Source of the DNA: a virus
IMG/VR virus record: IMGVR_UViG_3300045988_159959
Direction: 5' to 3' (one strand)
Length of the DNA: 64,000 nt
Under the pieces are notes generated by a model. It saw only the letters and a program-made list of their open reading frames with translations. It was not told where the DNA came from and did not search any database. This document shows positions 1-7,792 of this stretch, in pieces. The first letter of the stretch is position 1; every line of letters starts with the position of its first letter. The position numbers and the translations under genes were made by a program.

Positions 1-647
1 CAAAAAGGCTGCTATATTTTTACAGTCCATAAATGGAATTTTTAATGGTTGTTATCAAATCGTTTTAATTCTCACAGTACAAAGAAAGCAAAAAAAAACA
101 ATAACAAGCAAACTAACATAAAAAAACTACGTTTCGCAACGTAGTTTCCCGTTTCATTTATAGAATATAAAAATATATCACTTTTGCCACAAAGGTACAA
201 CAAAAAACCGACAAAAACAAAGAACGGCGCGAAAAAGCACCACAGGGCGCATCGCCACAGCACCCGTCTCGCGCGCGCCCGTAGGGTTTCCTTCCCACCC
301 TCCATCCCTAAGTCTTGTTTTCCGATTTTCCCATTCAAGCGCGTATGCGCGTGTTTTCCTTTCCCTCTTTTCTTTAATAGGAGTAATCCTGTTTTTGTTC
401 TTTTCTTTTCACTTCTTTTTCTTTCTTAATAGGAGTATTCCTACTAAAAGAGAAATTTGTTCAGCAAATCGAAAATTCGAAATAATGAGGGAATACTCCT
501 ATTCCCGAATTTTCGAATTTCCAAGGATTATTATATACTACTTTTTTAAAAGTATGTATATATATAATCATGTTAATTATGTCGGGAAAATCCGGCATTG
601 AACGTAGTGTAAACGAGTGAAAATGAAGAGATTTTCTAAATCGACAA

Positions 648-675
648 AGAACCCCCGTAGGGGGTGTGGGGTTCT
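648..675 (-). terminator. Intrinsic-terminator-like GC hairpin downstream of the leftward operon 920-2603
   Basis: On the minus strand, CCCCC-TAC-GGGGG (652-664, extendable to AGAACCCC/GGGGTTCT at 648-675) is followed by TTCTTTGTCGATTT. Confidence 0.45.
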
Positions 676-919
676 TGAAATGGGGTGTGAAGCTTGTCAA
701 AAAGAGGTAGTGGAGATAAAGAAAAATGGGTAGCAAATCAAATGACTGCTACCCACCCATCGAATAGTAAAATAAGAATTTTGAAGAAATCGTTGAGGCT
801 TTGGCGAAAATTATGATTTAATACACTATGTCAGTTTTTGAATTTTGGGTAGGAAGGTATTTCTCAATAGTTCCTACCCTTTTTGATGATCAGAACTTAA
901 TCTTATACATATACCATGA

Positions 920-1363
920 TTAAAATTCTTGGTCTTTTGTTTCGTTTTCTACTCTTTTGCCCAAAGGTAGTAAAGATTCTACAAATGATTCGTCGAATTT
1001 GATAATTCCTTTTTCTTTTTGTTCTTCTATGTATCGTATCTTTTCTTCGTCTGTTACTTCTACAAGACCGGGAAAAGGATTTTGATCCCTGCCATATTCT
1101 CTTCTCATTCGTCTAGCAGCTCTCCAATTAGGATCACGTAGAATACCATCACCTATTCTTAATAGGAATCTCTTTCCTGGAGCAAACCCTACCATCAATA
1201 AATCTTCATTTGATCTGTTTTGTTCTTTGGGAATGACTTCCACATCCATACCTCGCAGAAAGAAGTTCGACAAGAACGCTTTCATCACATCTCCATCCCA
1301 TTCGTAATATAAATACAAAAGCCTTCTTCTTTTGCTTATAAAGTATTTTATTTTCCTTTCCAT
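920..1363 (-). CDS. hypothetical protein (147 aa)
   Basis: ATG ORF, last gene of a tightly packed leftward array (5-nt gap to the next ORF). No recognisable motif. Confidence 0.6.
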   Translation of the reverse strand: MERKIKYFISKRRRLLYLYYEWDGDVMKAFLSNFFLRGMDVEVIPKEQNRSNEDLLMVGFAPGKRFLLRIGDGILRDPNWRAARRMRREYGRDQNPFPGLVEVTDEEKIRYIEEQKEKGIIKFDESFVESLLPLGKRVENETKDQEF

Positions 1364-1367
1364 ATTC

Positions 1368-1961
1368 CTATTTCTTTTTCTGTTTGTTCATGTCGTAATA
1401 GTTGATAAAGATAATGTCAAATCCAATTGCTCCGTTTTGTTTCATTTCAATTGAACTGAATCCACCGTCCCAAATAAGGGCAATAAGTTTGTAATCTGGT
1501 TTATCTACAACCTCGGATATCCCTTCTTTCTTTAACTTTTTCTTTTCTTTCAGATAATCCAGAATCCCATCTATAAAGGTTTTTGTATCTTCCATATCAT
1601 AAATATCGAACTTTGCTTCGAGACTTGTATAAGGAACTATCCCTGATTTTTCATCAAAAACCTCGTTTACACTTAATTTATAACCTGTATTGAGGCTATA
1701 TTTTATAGCTTTTCCTCCAGTCTCTATAGCAACCTTTTCGCTGTAGGCTTCTTTTGGAATGAGTTTATCAGCTTCTTCAACCAAAAAATCTTTAGAAGAA
1801 GCATCCAATATTTTAAATTGAATATCCATAATTTGATAGATGTTCAATTCTTTGGAGGTTTCTTGCTCTTTGGTAATTTCTGATTCTTTAGAGGCTTCCT
1901 GCTTGCATCCACACGTCGAAATAAGTGTAAATAATACACTGATAAAAATTACTCTTTTCAT
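1368..1961 (-). CDS. putative secreted lipoprotein
   Basis: The track ORF is 1368..1988. The internal ATG at 1961 gives MKRVIFISVLFTLISTCGC, a signal peptide followed by Cys. Start choice is uncertain. Confidence 0.6.
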   Translation of the reverse strand: MKRVIFISVLFTLISTCGCKQEASKESEITKEQETSKELNIYQIMDIQFKILDASSKDFLVEEADKLIPKEAYSEKVAIETGGKAIKYSLNTGYKLSVNEVFDEKSGIVPYTSLEAKFDIYDMEDTKTFIDGILDYLKEKKKLKKEGISEVVDKPDYKLIALIWDGGFSSIEMKQNGAIGFDIIFINYYDMNKQKKK

Positions 1962-1962
1962 G

Positions 1963-2289
1963 TTATTTGTTGTTTTTAATGATTTCACGTTTGATATTGT
2001 TGTTTGTATCCTCTGCTAAAGGAACCGCTATCAGGATTGAGAAAATCCAAAATCCGGTAAACCAAAGTAGGTGTTCAACACAGTTCACTAAATCGACCTT
2101 AAATAAGGTCACTATAGCTCCTAAAATATTATACAGAGTACAAATGGTCAGGATGGATGCGATAATGGGTTTACCGGTATAATAAAGCCCAAATCCACCC
2201 CACATACAGGTCATGATAAAAGCCCGGAACGGCTTTTTCTTTCTTGCTTCGTAAAGCAACGCTTGTCTCTCTGTCATTTTTGTTTCCAT
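1963..2289 (-). CDS. small membrane protein, TM2-domain-like
   Basis: 108 aa with hydrophobic helices. WGGFGLYYTGKP resembles the TM2-domain core. Confidence 0.5.
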   Translation of the reverse strand: METKMTERQALLYEARKKKPFRAFIMTCMWGGFGLYYTGKPIIASILTICTLYNILGAIVTLFKVDLVNCVEHLLWFTGFWIFSILIAVPLAEDTNNNIKREIIKNNK

Positions 2290-2297
2290 ACTTCCTA

Positions 2298-2603
2298 TTA
2301 GTTTTTAATTATGTAATTGATCGTTGTATTTTTTTCTGTGCAAGATTGTGTCCAGAGTGAAGGAATTTCCGTTTCATCTTCTGTCATCATTAAATCTGCT
2401 TCAGATTCTTTACCAGTAACGAAAAACGTTCCACTTTCTGTAAAGGTAAATTCTTCATAATCATCTTTACCGAAAAATATTTTTGCCAAAATAGGATAGT
2501 TGTTGTTGCTCGGATTTTCAAAAGAAATGATTTCCACTCTTCTACCATCTCTTGTGCAGACGGGTTTGCCTGCTTTTGCTTCTTCTAAATTAAAAGGTTT
2601 CAT
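2298..2603 (-). CDS. hypothetical protein; N-terminus paralogous to 11514..11894
   Basis: MKPFNLEEAKAGKPVCTRDGRRVEI here versus MKEFDLEKAKVGHPVCTRDGKEARI in the other ORF. Confidence 0.6.
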   Translation of the reverse strand: MKPFNLEEAKAGKPVCTRDGRRVEIISFENPSNNNYPILAKIFFGKDDYEEFTFTESGTFFVTGKESEADLMMTEDETEIPSLWTQSCTEKNTTINYIIKN

Positions 2604-2640
2604 GATTTGTTATTTTTATTGTTGTTACTTGATTGTGTTG

Positions 2641-2648
2641 CAAAAGTA
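2641..2648 (-). promoter_or_regulatory. Bacteroides-type -7 box (TACTTTTG) for the leftward operon
   Basis: The minus strand reads TACTTTTG, a perfect TAnnTTTG match, 37 nt upstream of the ATG at 2603. Confidence 0.45.
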
Positions 2649-2697
2649 ATATCGTTTTTGTACAAAATGTAGTTATCTTAGTTAAATTACTTTAAAA

Positions 2698-2717
2698 TGT
2701 AACATTTTAGTGTTACA
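2698..2717. promoter_or_regulatory. Palindrome TGTAACA-N6-TGTTACA, site 1
   Basis: tgtaacattttagtgttaca lies in the divergent intergenic region between 2603 and 2819. Same 20-bp architecture as the sites at 7265, 7499, 16211, 17582, 26098 and 35040. Confidence 0.5.
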
Positions 2718-2818
2718 CTCTTGTTAATGGAAATAAAAACTCAAGCAATTATATATCAGTTTACAGAAATAATACAATTTAAATAGGAAATTTGGAATAT
2801 TCTATTTAAATTTGCACC

Positions 2819-4030
2819 ATGTATTTAGTAGAACAACATATTATTTCTGTAAATGATAAGAGATACAAAGATTTAGATCGAATTTGCTTCTTATCCAAAA
2901 ACTTGTATAATGCAGCTTTGTATGAGATTAAACAAGAGTTTCTTCGTACAGGTAAATGGATAAGATCAGGAGAACTTAATAAGAAAATGGTAGCAGAAAA
3001 CAATATAGATCATAGAGCTATGAGTGGATCATCCTCTCAACAAGTTCTTATGTCTTTGGATAAAAATTTAAAGTCTTATTTTTCTGCTATTAAAGCATGG
3101 AAAAGAGATAACAAGAAATTTACCGGTTGTCCTAAGTTTCCAAAATACAAACACAAGACTAAAGGTAGGAATGTGTTCTCTTACTCTTATGCACAGTTTA
3201 AACACAGAGGTAATTATATTTTCTTTCCTAAGAAAGAAGGTCTGTCGCCTTTGAAAACAAATTGTAAAGAAGGTTCTGTCAAACAAGTTCGATTTGTTCC
3301 TAAATCAGATTGTTATATCATAGAGGTTGTGTATGAATCAAAAATAAAAGAACAACTTCCTGATAATAATAGAGTTATGTCTATTGATTTGGGTGTAAAT
3401 AATCTTGCTTCTATTGTTACTAATGTAAGTAAGAAAGCTATTTTGATTGATGGAAGAAAATTAAAATCCATTAATCAGTATTACAATAAAAAGAAATCAA
3501 AAATTCAACAACAACTAAAAAAGACAAACGGAAAAGAAAATTCGAGACGATTAATTTATCTAACAAGAAAAAGAAACAATAAAGTAAAAGATTATCTTCA
3601 TAAAGCAAGCAAAGAAATTATCAATATTTGCTTGGAAGATAATATATCAACATTGATAGTAGGACATAATGATGGATGGAAGCAAAGCACCAATCTTGGT
3701 AAAAGAAACAATCAGAATTTTGTAAGCATTCCGTTTGAAACGTTTATATCAATGTTAAAGTATAAATCAGAAAGACAAGGACTAAGATTTGTTGAAGTAA
3801 ACGAATCTCATACGTCAAAATGCAGTTCTTTTGATTTAGAATCTGTGGAACACCATGATACTTACGTTGGTAAAAGAATTAAGAGAGGACTTTTCAGAAC
3901 CAAAGATGGAATCTTACTTAATGCAGATATCAACGGAAGTTATAACATCATGAGAAAAGTAAAAGGGGATGCAGTAATGCCACCCTATACAGGGTTTGGG
4001 TATAACCCAGTTAAGAAATTTATTAACTAA
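2819..4030 (+). CDS. tnpB: TnpB-like RNA-guided endonuclease; subgroup without canonical RuvC-II Glu or zinc finger
   Basis: RuvC-I is SIDLGVNNLA and RuvC-III is LNADINGSYNI. The segment LIVGHNDGWKQSTNLGKRNNQNFVSIP...VNESHTSKCSS replaces the usual xxEDL...TSQxCxxCG. Confidence 0.8.
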   Translation: MYLVEQHIISVNDKRYKDLDRICFLSKNLYNAALYEIKQEFLRTGKWIRSGELNKKMVAENNIDHRAMSGSSSQQVLMSLDKNLKSYFSAIKAWKRDNKKFTGCPKFPKYKHKTKGRNVFSYSYAQFKHRGNYIFFPKKEGLSPLKTNCKEGSVKQVRFVPKSDCYIIEVVYESKIKEQLPDNNRVMSIDLGVNNLASIVTNVSKKAILIDGRKLKSINQYYNKKKSKIQQQLKKTNGKENSRRLIYLTRKRNNKVKDYLHKASKEIINICLEDNISTLIVGHNDGWKQSTNLGKRNNQNFVSIPFETFISMLKYKSERQGLRFVEVNESHTSKCSSFDLESVEHHDTYVGKRIKRGLFRTKDGILLNADINGSYNIMRKVKGDAVMPPYTGFGYNPVKKFIN

Positions 4031-4062
4031 TGTGTATCGGTGTAAACTGACGTACAATTACC
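3900..4062 (+). ncRNA. candidate omega (right-end) RNA of TnpB copy 1
   Basis: Placed by analogy: TnpB guide RNAs overlap the 3' end of tnpB and the right end. A local hairpin GGGTT..AACCC and the conserved right-end motif are present. Boundaries are approximate. Confidence 0.35.
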
Positions 4063-4089
4063 AGAAGAACGGGAGAAAACATGAAAGAA

Positions 4090-5283
4090 TTAACTGTTTA
4101 AAGCAAGTGATTGGACTAACTTCAAGTAACATGACAAAGTTAGGAATTTGACGGGTGATTCCAACGAATTTTCGTCAAATTCATAGTCGTTCAACCATTT
4201 TTCTAACGCTTCTATGTCAATATATTGCCATTTTTCTTGTTTTAAACATTCTGCAAGTGCCGGGAAAGTGTATTCTTTATCCTTATTGAACTTTTTGCAT
4301 ACTCTTTTAAGGTAATTTTTTCTGCTGGCATACCAAACATCACCCGCAGAAGACATGCAATAATAGGAATTGTCTTTTCTTTTTACTCCAAATCGTGTTG
4401 TAATAGGATAATACACCCTATCAGCAAGGAAAATGAAAGGAATATACCAAACACTATACAAAAAGGTTGCAAATCTGTTCAATTTTGCTTCTGGAACAAA
4501 TTTTTTGAGGGTTTTTCTGAATCCATAAGCAAAATACCAGTTGTTCGCACCTCTTTTTACCTTTACAGTGTATTTTAAATGATCGTTCCTATCCTTTACT
4601 CTATCCCAGGGTTTCAATTTTTCTGTGTTCATGGACGGAAGATAAGTCCAAAAATGCTTCAATGCACTGAAATAGGGATTGTAAATGGTGTGTCCATGAT
4701 CGGAAACATAAGAAAGGATGTCATGTAGTATTTCTTTTACCAAATTTCCTATTTCCTGGTCTTTGAAAACGTCTATCAAAAGAGAAAGGGAGGGTAACAA
4801 GTTCCAAATTTGATCTTGCGATACGAAAGGAGAAAAGCAGGGGTCTTCGTTTTCAAGTTCGATCCCATTGGAATAACCACTTTCTACTTTTATAGCATCA
4901 AAAAGACCACAGGAAGCGGATGAAATATCGTCTCGAAGGAAAAACCCTTTTTCGTGTACAAAATACACTTTTGGATTTTTTGATTTTTCATCTTCATAGG
5001 CACTTACCGATAGCCTTTGAATGGATTTCAGACACCAAAGTATTTTGTCGTTACATGATTTATCTCCTAACAACGATTCTATCAAAAGGTAGTGAAGATA
5101 TTCGGCCATGTTGATAGTTCCGTCATACCAATATAGAGATTTCTTACCCAGTCTTGCGCTTTTTGTCACTTTACTGGCAGGAATATTCGTTCCTCTGCAA
5201 GTAGTTTCTTCTGTAGCGACAATAAAGTCTTTGAAGAAGATGTCTTTTAGCTTTGAGTATTTTTCTTCGATTGTCATAAGCAT
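4090..5283 (-). CDS. hypothetical protein (397 aa) sandwiched between the two TnpB elements
   Basis: Long ATG ORF on the opposite strand to both tnpB genes. No motif recognised. Confidence 0.7.
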   Translation of the reverse strand: MLMTIEEKYSKLKDIFFKDFIVATEETTCRGTNIPASKVTKSARLGKKSLYWYDGTINMAEYLHYLLIESLLGDKSCNDKILWCLKSIQRLSVSAYEDEKSKNPKVYFVHEKGFFLRDDISSASCGLFDAIKVESGYSNGIELENEDPCFSPFVSQDQIWNLLPSLSLLIDVFKDQEIGNLVKEILHDILSYVSDHGHTIYNPYFSALKHFWTYLPSMNTEKLKPWDRVKDRNDHLKYTVKVKRGANNWYFAYGFRKTLKKFVPEAKLNRFATFLYSVWYIPFIFLADRVYYPITTRFGVKRKDNSYYCMSSAGDVWYASRKNYLKRVCKKFNKDKEYTFPALAECLKQEKWQYIDIEALEKWLNDYEFDENSLESPVKFLTLSCYLKLVQSLALNS

Positions 5284-5362
5284 ATATATTAATGTATAAA
5301 ACTATGTTTTAAAGCATAAAGTAAATAGAGTCTATTTTACTTTAATTTTGTATGTTTGCACT

Positions 5363-6565
5363 ATGATTAAATCGTTCAAATATAGATTAAATCCTACCAA
5401 AAGTCAAATCGTTCAAATGGAAAAGACTTTTGGATGTTGTCGTTATATCTATAATTGGGCACTTGATAGGAAAATAAAAGCATATCAAGAAAGTAAAAAG
5501 TCTCTATCTGCTATTGACTTATGTAAAGAACTTACTTTATTAAAACAAAAAGAAGATCATCTTTGGCTTAAAGAAGTTTCAAACGAATCTTTACAGCAAT
5601 CTATAAGATGTTTAGATTCTGCTTTTACGAAATTTTTTAGAGAACATACTGGCTTTCCAAAGTTCAAATCCAAGCATCATGATAAATCAACTTTCAAAAA
5701 TATCGGTTCTGTCAAGATTGATTTTGAAAACAGTAAAATCAAAATTCCGATTTTAGGCTGGGTAAAGTTTTATAAAAACCGTTCTTTTGAAGGGAAAATA
5801 GGAACAATAACGGTTTCAAAATCTTCTACTGGTAAATATTATGTAAGTGTATTGGTAAAAGATGGAAATTCTTTACCCGAAAAGAATCCTATTACACCTT
5901 CTACTTCTGTCGGGATAGATGTTGGTTTAAAAGATTTTGCTGTTTTATCAAATGGACAAGTTTTTCAAAATCCAAAATATCTTGAAAAATTTTCTAAAAG
6001 ATTAGCTTGTTTGCAAAGAAGACTTTCAAGAAAAAAGAAGGGGAGCAATAGATACAAAAAGGCAAAATTGGCTGTTACTATCTGCCATGAAAGAATAAGA
6101 AACCGTAGACAGGATTTTCTGCATAAAGTTTCTAAAAGAATAATCAGTGAGAACCAAACTGTTATTATTGAAGATTTGAATGTAGAAGGTATGTTGAAAA
6201 ATCATTGTCTTGCAAAGGGTATTTCTTCCGTTTCTTGGAATGAATTTTTTAGAATGTTGCAATACAAAGCAGAATGGAATGGAGTAAATCTTATTAGAAT
6301 AGGAAGATTTGAGCCTTCTTCAAAGATGTGCTCTTGTGGGTATATCAATAAAGATTTAAAACTTTCAGATAGAAGGTGGATATGTCCTTGTTGTGGTTCT
6401 GAAAATGATAGAGATTTACTTGCAGCGCAAAACATTAAAAGATTTGGCTTAGAAAAACAGAATCTTTTAAGCCAAGAAAATATTTCACCGGTGGTAAACC
6501 GGGCAGAGGACGCGGAGTTGCCGACATTGGTCGGAACAGTGAAACGTCAAATTATATCGGTGTAG
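5363..6565 (+). CDS. tnpB: TnpB RNA-guided endonuclease (canonical RuvC plus zinc finger)
   Basis: N-terminus MIKSFKYRLNPTKSQ; RuvC motifs GIDVGLKDFA, VIIEDLNVEGM and DRDLLAAQNI; zinc finger CSCG...CPCCG. The track start at 5348 is a TTG; the ATG at 5363 is preferred. Confidence 0.9.
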   Translation: MIKSFKYRLNPTKSQIVQMEKTFGCCRYIYNWALDRKIKAYQESKKSLSAIDLCKELTLLKQKEDHLWLKEVSNESLQQSIRCLDSAFTKFFREHTGFPKFKSKHHDKSTFKNIGSVKIDFENSKIKIPILGWVKFYKNRSFEGKIGTITVSKSSTGKYYVSVLVKDGNSLPEKNPITPSTSVGIDVGLKDFAVLSNGQVFQNPKYLEKFSKRLACLQRRLSRKKKGSNRYKKAKLAVTICHERIRNRRQDFLHKVSKRIISENQTVIIEDLNVEGMLKNHCLAKGISSVSWNEFFRMLQYKAEWNGVNLIRIGRFEPSSKMCSCGYINKDLKLSDRRWICPCCGSENDRDLLAAQNIKRFGLEKQNLLSQENISPVVNRAEDAELPTLVGTVKRQIISV

Positions 6566-6581
6566 CTGATATATGATTACC
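6440..6581 (+). ncRNA. candidate omega RNA of TnpB copy 2
   Basis: A GC-rich segment with hairpin CCGAC-attg-GTCGG sits in the 3' end of tnpB and runs into the conserved right-end motif. Boundaries are approximate. Confidence 0.4.
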
Positions 6582-6827
6582 TCCCCAAGCAAACATACCA
6601 AGTCCGATACCAATTACCCAAGAAATGATCCGTTGAACCCATTCCGAAGGTTCCACTTTGAATAGTTTCTTGATAAACTCTGTCACGACTGCTGTAACAC
6701 CCACTACGCCTGCAAAAGTAGCGAAATTTGCAGCGTAATCTACTGTTTCTTCTGGAAGTTCCCCTTGTGCAAAAATACAGGCGACATAGGAGAACATAAA
6801 AGCCAATGTCAATAAAATTCTATTCAT
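6552..6827 (-). CDS. small secreted/membrane protein whose 3' end is supplied by the IS right end
   Basis: Signal-like N-terminus MNRILLTLAFMFSYVACIFAQ and a hydrophobic C-terminal half. The last 8 codons (NHISATPI-stop) are the reverse complement of the TnpB-2 right-end motif. Confidence 0.55.
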   Translation of the reverse strand: MNRILLTLAFMFSYVACIFAQGELPEETVDYAANFATFAGVVGVTAVVTEFIKKLFKVEPSEWVQRIISWVIGIGLGMFAWGGNHISATPI

Positions 6828-6971
6828 GATAAAATATATTTTGAGTTATATAACTGCGTCAAAGATAAAAGAAAAGAGGCACTTTCACAAGCACCCCTTT
6901 CGATCATTCTGTTTATCGCAATGAGAATAATATTAGAGAAATGTATCATCAATTGTCAATTCATTTTTCTT

Positions 6972-7211
6972 TTACACCCCAACTTTTGCTCGGTAAGCCT
7001 GACGAAGATTTTCTACTACGATTTCCAAAGCATTTACATTCATGCTTTCGACAATCCTTACACCCGGCACAACCGTTCTCCAAATAGCATTTCCGTTATC
7101 ATCAATAGTTTGTTCTATTGTTGCATCCGGATAAATCTTTTGCAGTTTTACTTTAGCTGCTTCCAGTCTTTCTTGATAAGTTGCCATAGCTATATTCTTT
7201 TTTGCTTTCAA
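6972..7211 (-). CDS. hypothetical protein (79 aa)
   Basis: ATG ORF downstream of a minus-strand -7 box at 7374-7381. Confidence 0.5.
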   Translation of the reverse strand: MKAKKNIAMATYQERLEAAKVKLQKIYPDATIEQTIDDNGNAIWRTVVPGVRIVESMNVNALEIVVENLRQAYRAKVGV

Positions 7212-7264
7212 AAGTAAGCCCTCTCCTATTCAAAAACAAATACTTTAACAAATGTTAATAATGT

Positions 7265-7294
7265 TGTAACATTATACTGTTACATATATCTTTG
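7265..7294 (+). promoter_or_regulatory. Palindrome site 2 plus -7 box TATCTTTG
   Basis: tgtaacattatactgttaca (7265-7284) is followed by TATCTTTG (7287-7294). Confidence 0.5.
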
Positions 7295-7373
7295 CACCGA
7301 CATGAGAAAAGATGGAAAGAAGAAAGCAGATTAATTAAGTCGGTAATGGTGTACCTTGCAATAGATGGATTTG

Positions 7374-7381
7374 CAAAGATA
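7374..7381 (-). promoter_or_regulatory. -7 box TATCTTTG on the minus strand
   Basis: Inverted copy of the 7287-7294 box, oriented toward 6972..7211. Confidence 0.4.
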
Positions 7382-7478
7382 TGTACCCTCGACAATGAGA
7401 TAATCATTGTTCCTATCACAGTCATTCTTGTTAGTGTTATTTTGACACTAAAGGTTTTTGACTGAATTTCGACAAAAA

Positions 7479-7522
7479 TGTAACATTATATTTTGTCATG
7501 TAACATTAAAGTGTTACATTTG
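7479..7522 (+). promoter_or_regulatory. Tandem operator/promoter upstream of the HTH gene
   Basis: A degenerate palindrome tgtaacattatattttgtca (7479-7498) is immediately followed by the perfect tgtaacattaaagtgttaca (7499-7518). The latter runs into TTTG, giving TACATTTG (7515-7522), 33 nt before the ATG at 7555. Confidence 0.6.
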
Positions 7523-7554
7523 TGGCAGAATAAAGAAAAACGATTTTAAACTTA

Positions 7555-7755
7555 ATGCAAAAAAATGGATTAAAAATTAAAGAGATCATGCAAGAAAAAG
7601 GTATTTCCGTAGCCCAGGTGTCAGAAAAATTGGGAGTAACAAGGCAATCTCTTTATAGGTGTCTGAACGGAAATCCTACCATGAACCGGTTAAAGGAAAT
7701 AGCTGATATTCTTGATGTTTCTCCAAAAGACTTATTTGAAGATGAAAATAATTGA
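7555..7755 (+). CDS. XRE-family helix-turn-helix transcriptional regulator
   Basis: 66 aa. IKEIMQEKGISVAQVSEKLGVTRQSLYRCLNG is a typical HTH_3 motif. Confidence 0.85.
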   Translation: MQKNGLKIKEIMQEKGISVAQVSEKLGVTRQSLYRCLNGNPTMNRLKEIADILDVSPKDLFEDENN

Positions 7756-7792
7756 ATTATTTATAGTAACAAACAATATTAAAAAGAAAAGT

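Larger units (their letters stand above)
2781..4062 (+). mobile_element. TnpB-only IS200/IS605-family (OMEGA) element, copy 1 (minimal extent)
   Basis: A left-end hairpin AAATAG..CTATTT (2781-2807) abuts the tnpB promoter. The right end TATCGGTGTAaaCTGAcgTAcaATTACC (4035-4062) is shared with copy 2. No TnpA is present. True ends are not determined. Confidence 0.55.
5318..6581 (+). mobile_element. TnpB-only IS200/IS605-family (OMEGA) element, copy 2 (minimal extent)
   Basis: Left-end hairpin AAAGTAAATAG..CTATTTTACTTT (5318-5343). The right end TATCGGTGTAgCTGAtaTAtgATTACC (6555-6581) matches copy 1 at 22 of 27-28 positions. Confidence 0.6.

Noticed and set aside
72-736. Track ORFs 72..338, 184..429, 395..601 and 461..736 as genes.
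   Set aside because: They overlap each other on both strands, have biased composition (poly-Phe/Lys/Arg), and span GC islands and inverted repeats.
2700-6600. An autonomous IS200/IS605 element with a Y1 (HUH) TnpA next to either tnpB.
   Set aside because: No 130-160-aa ORF with an HUH plus Tyr motif is present on either strand around the tnpB genes. The only intervening ORF is 397 aa and unrelated. The elements are therefore called TnpB-only.
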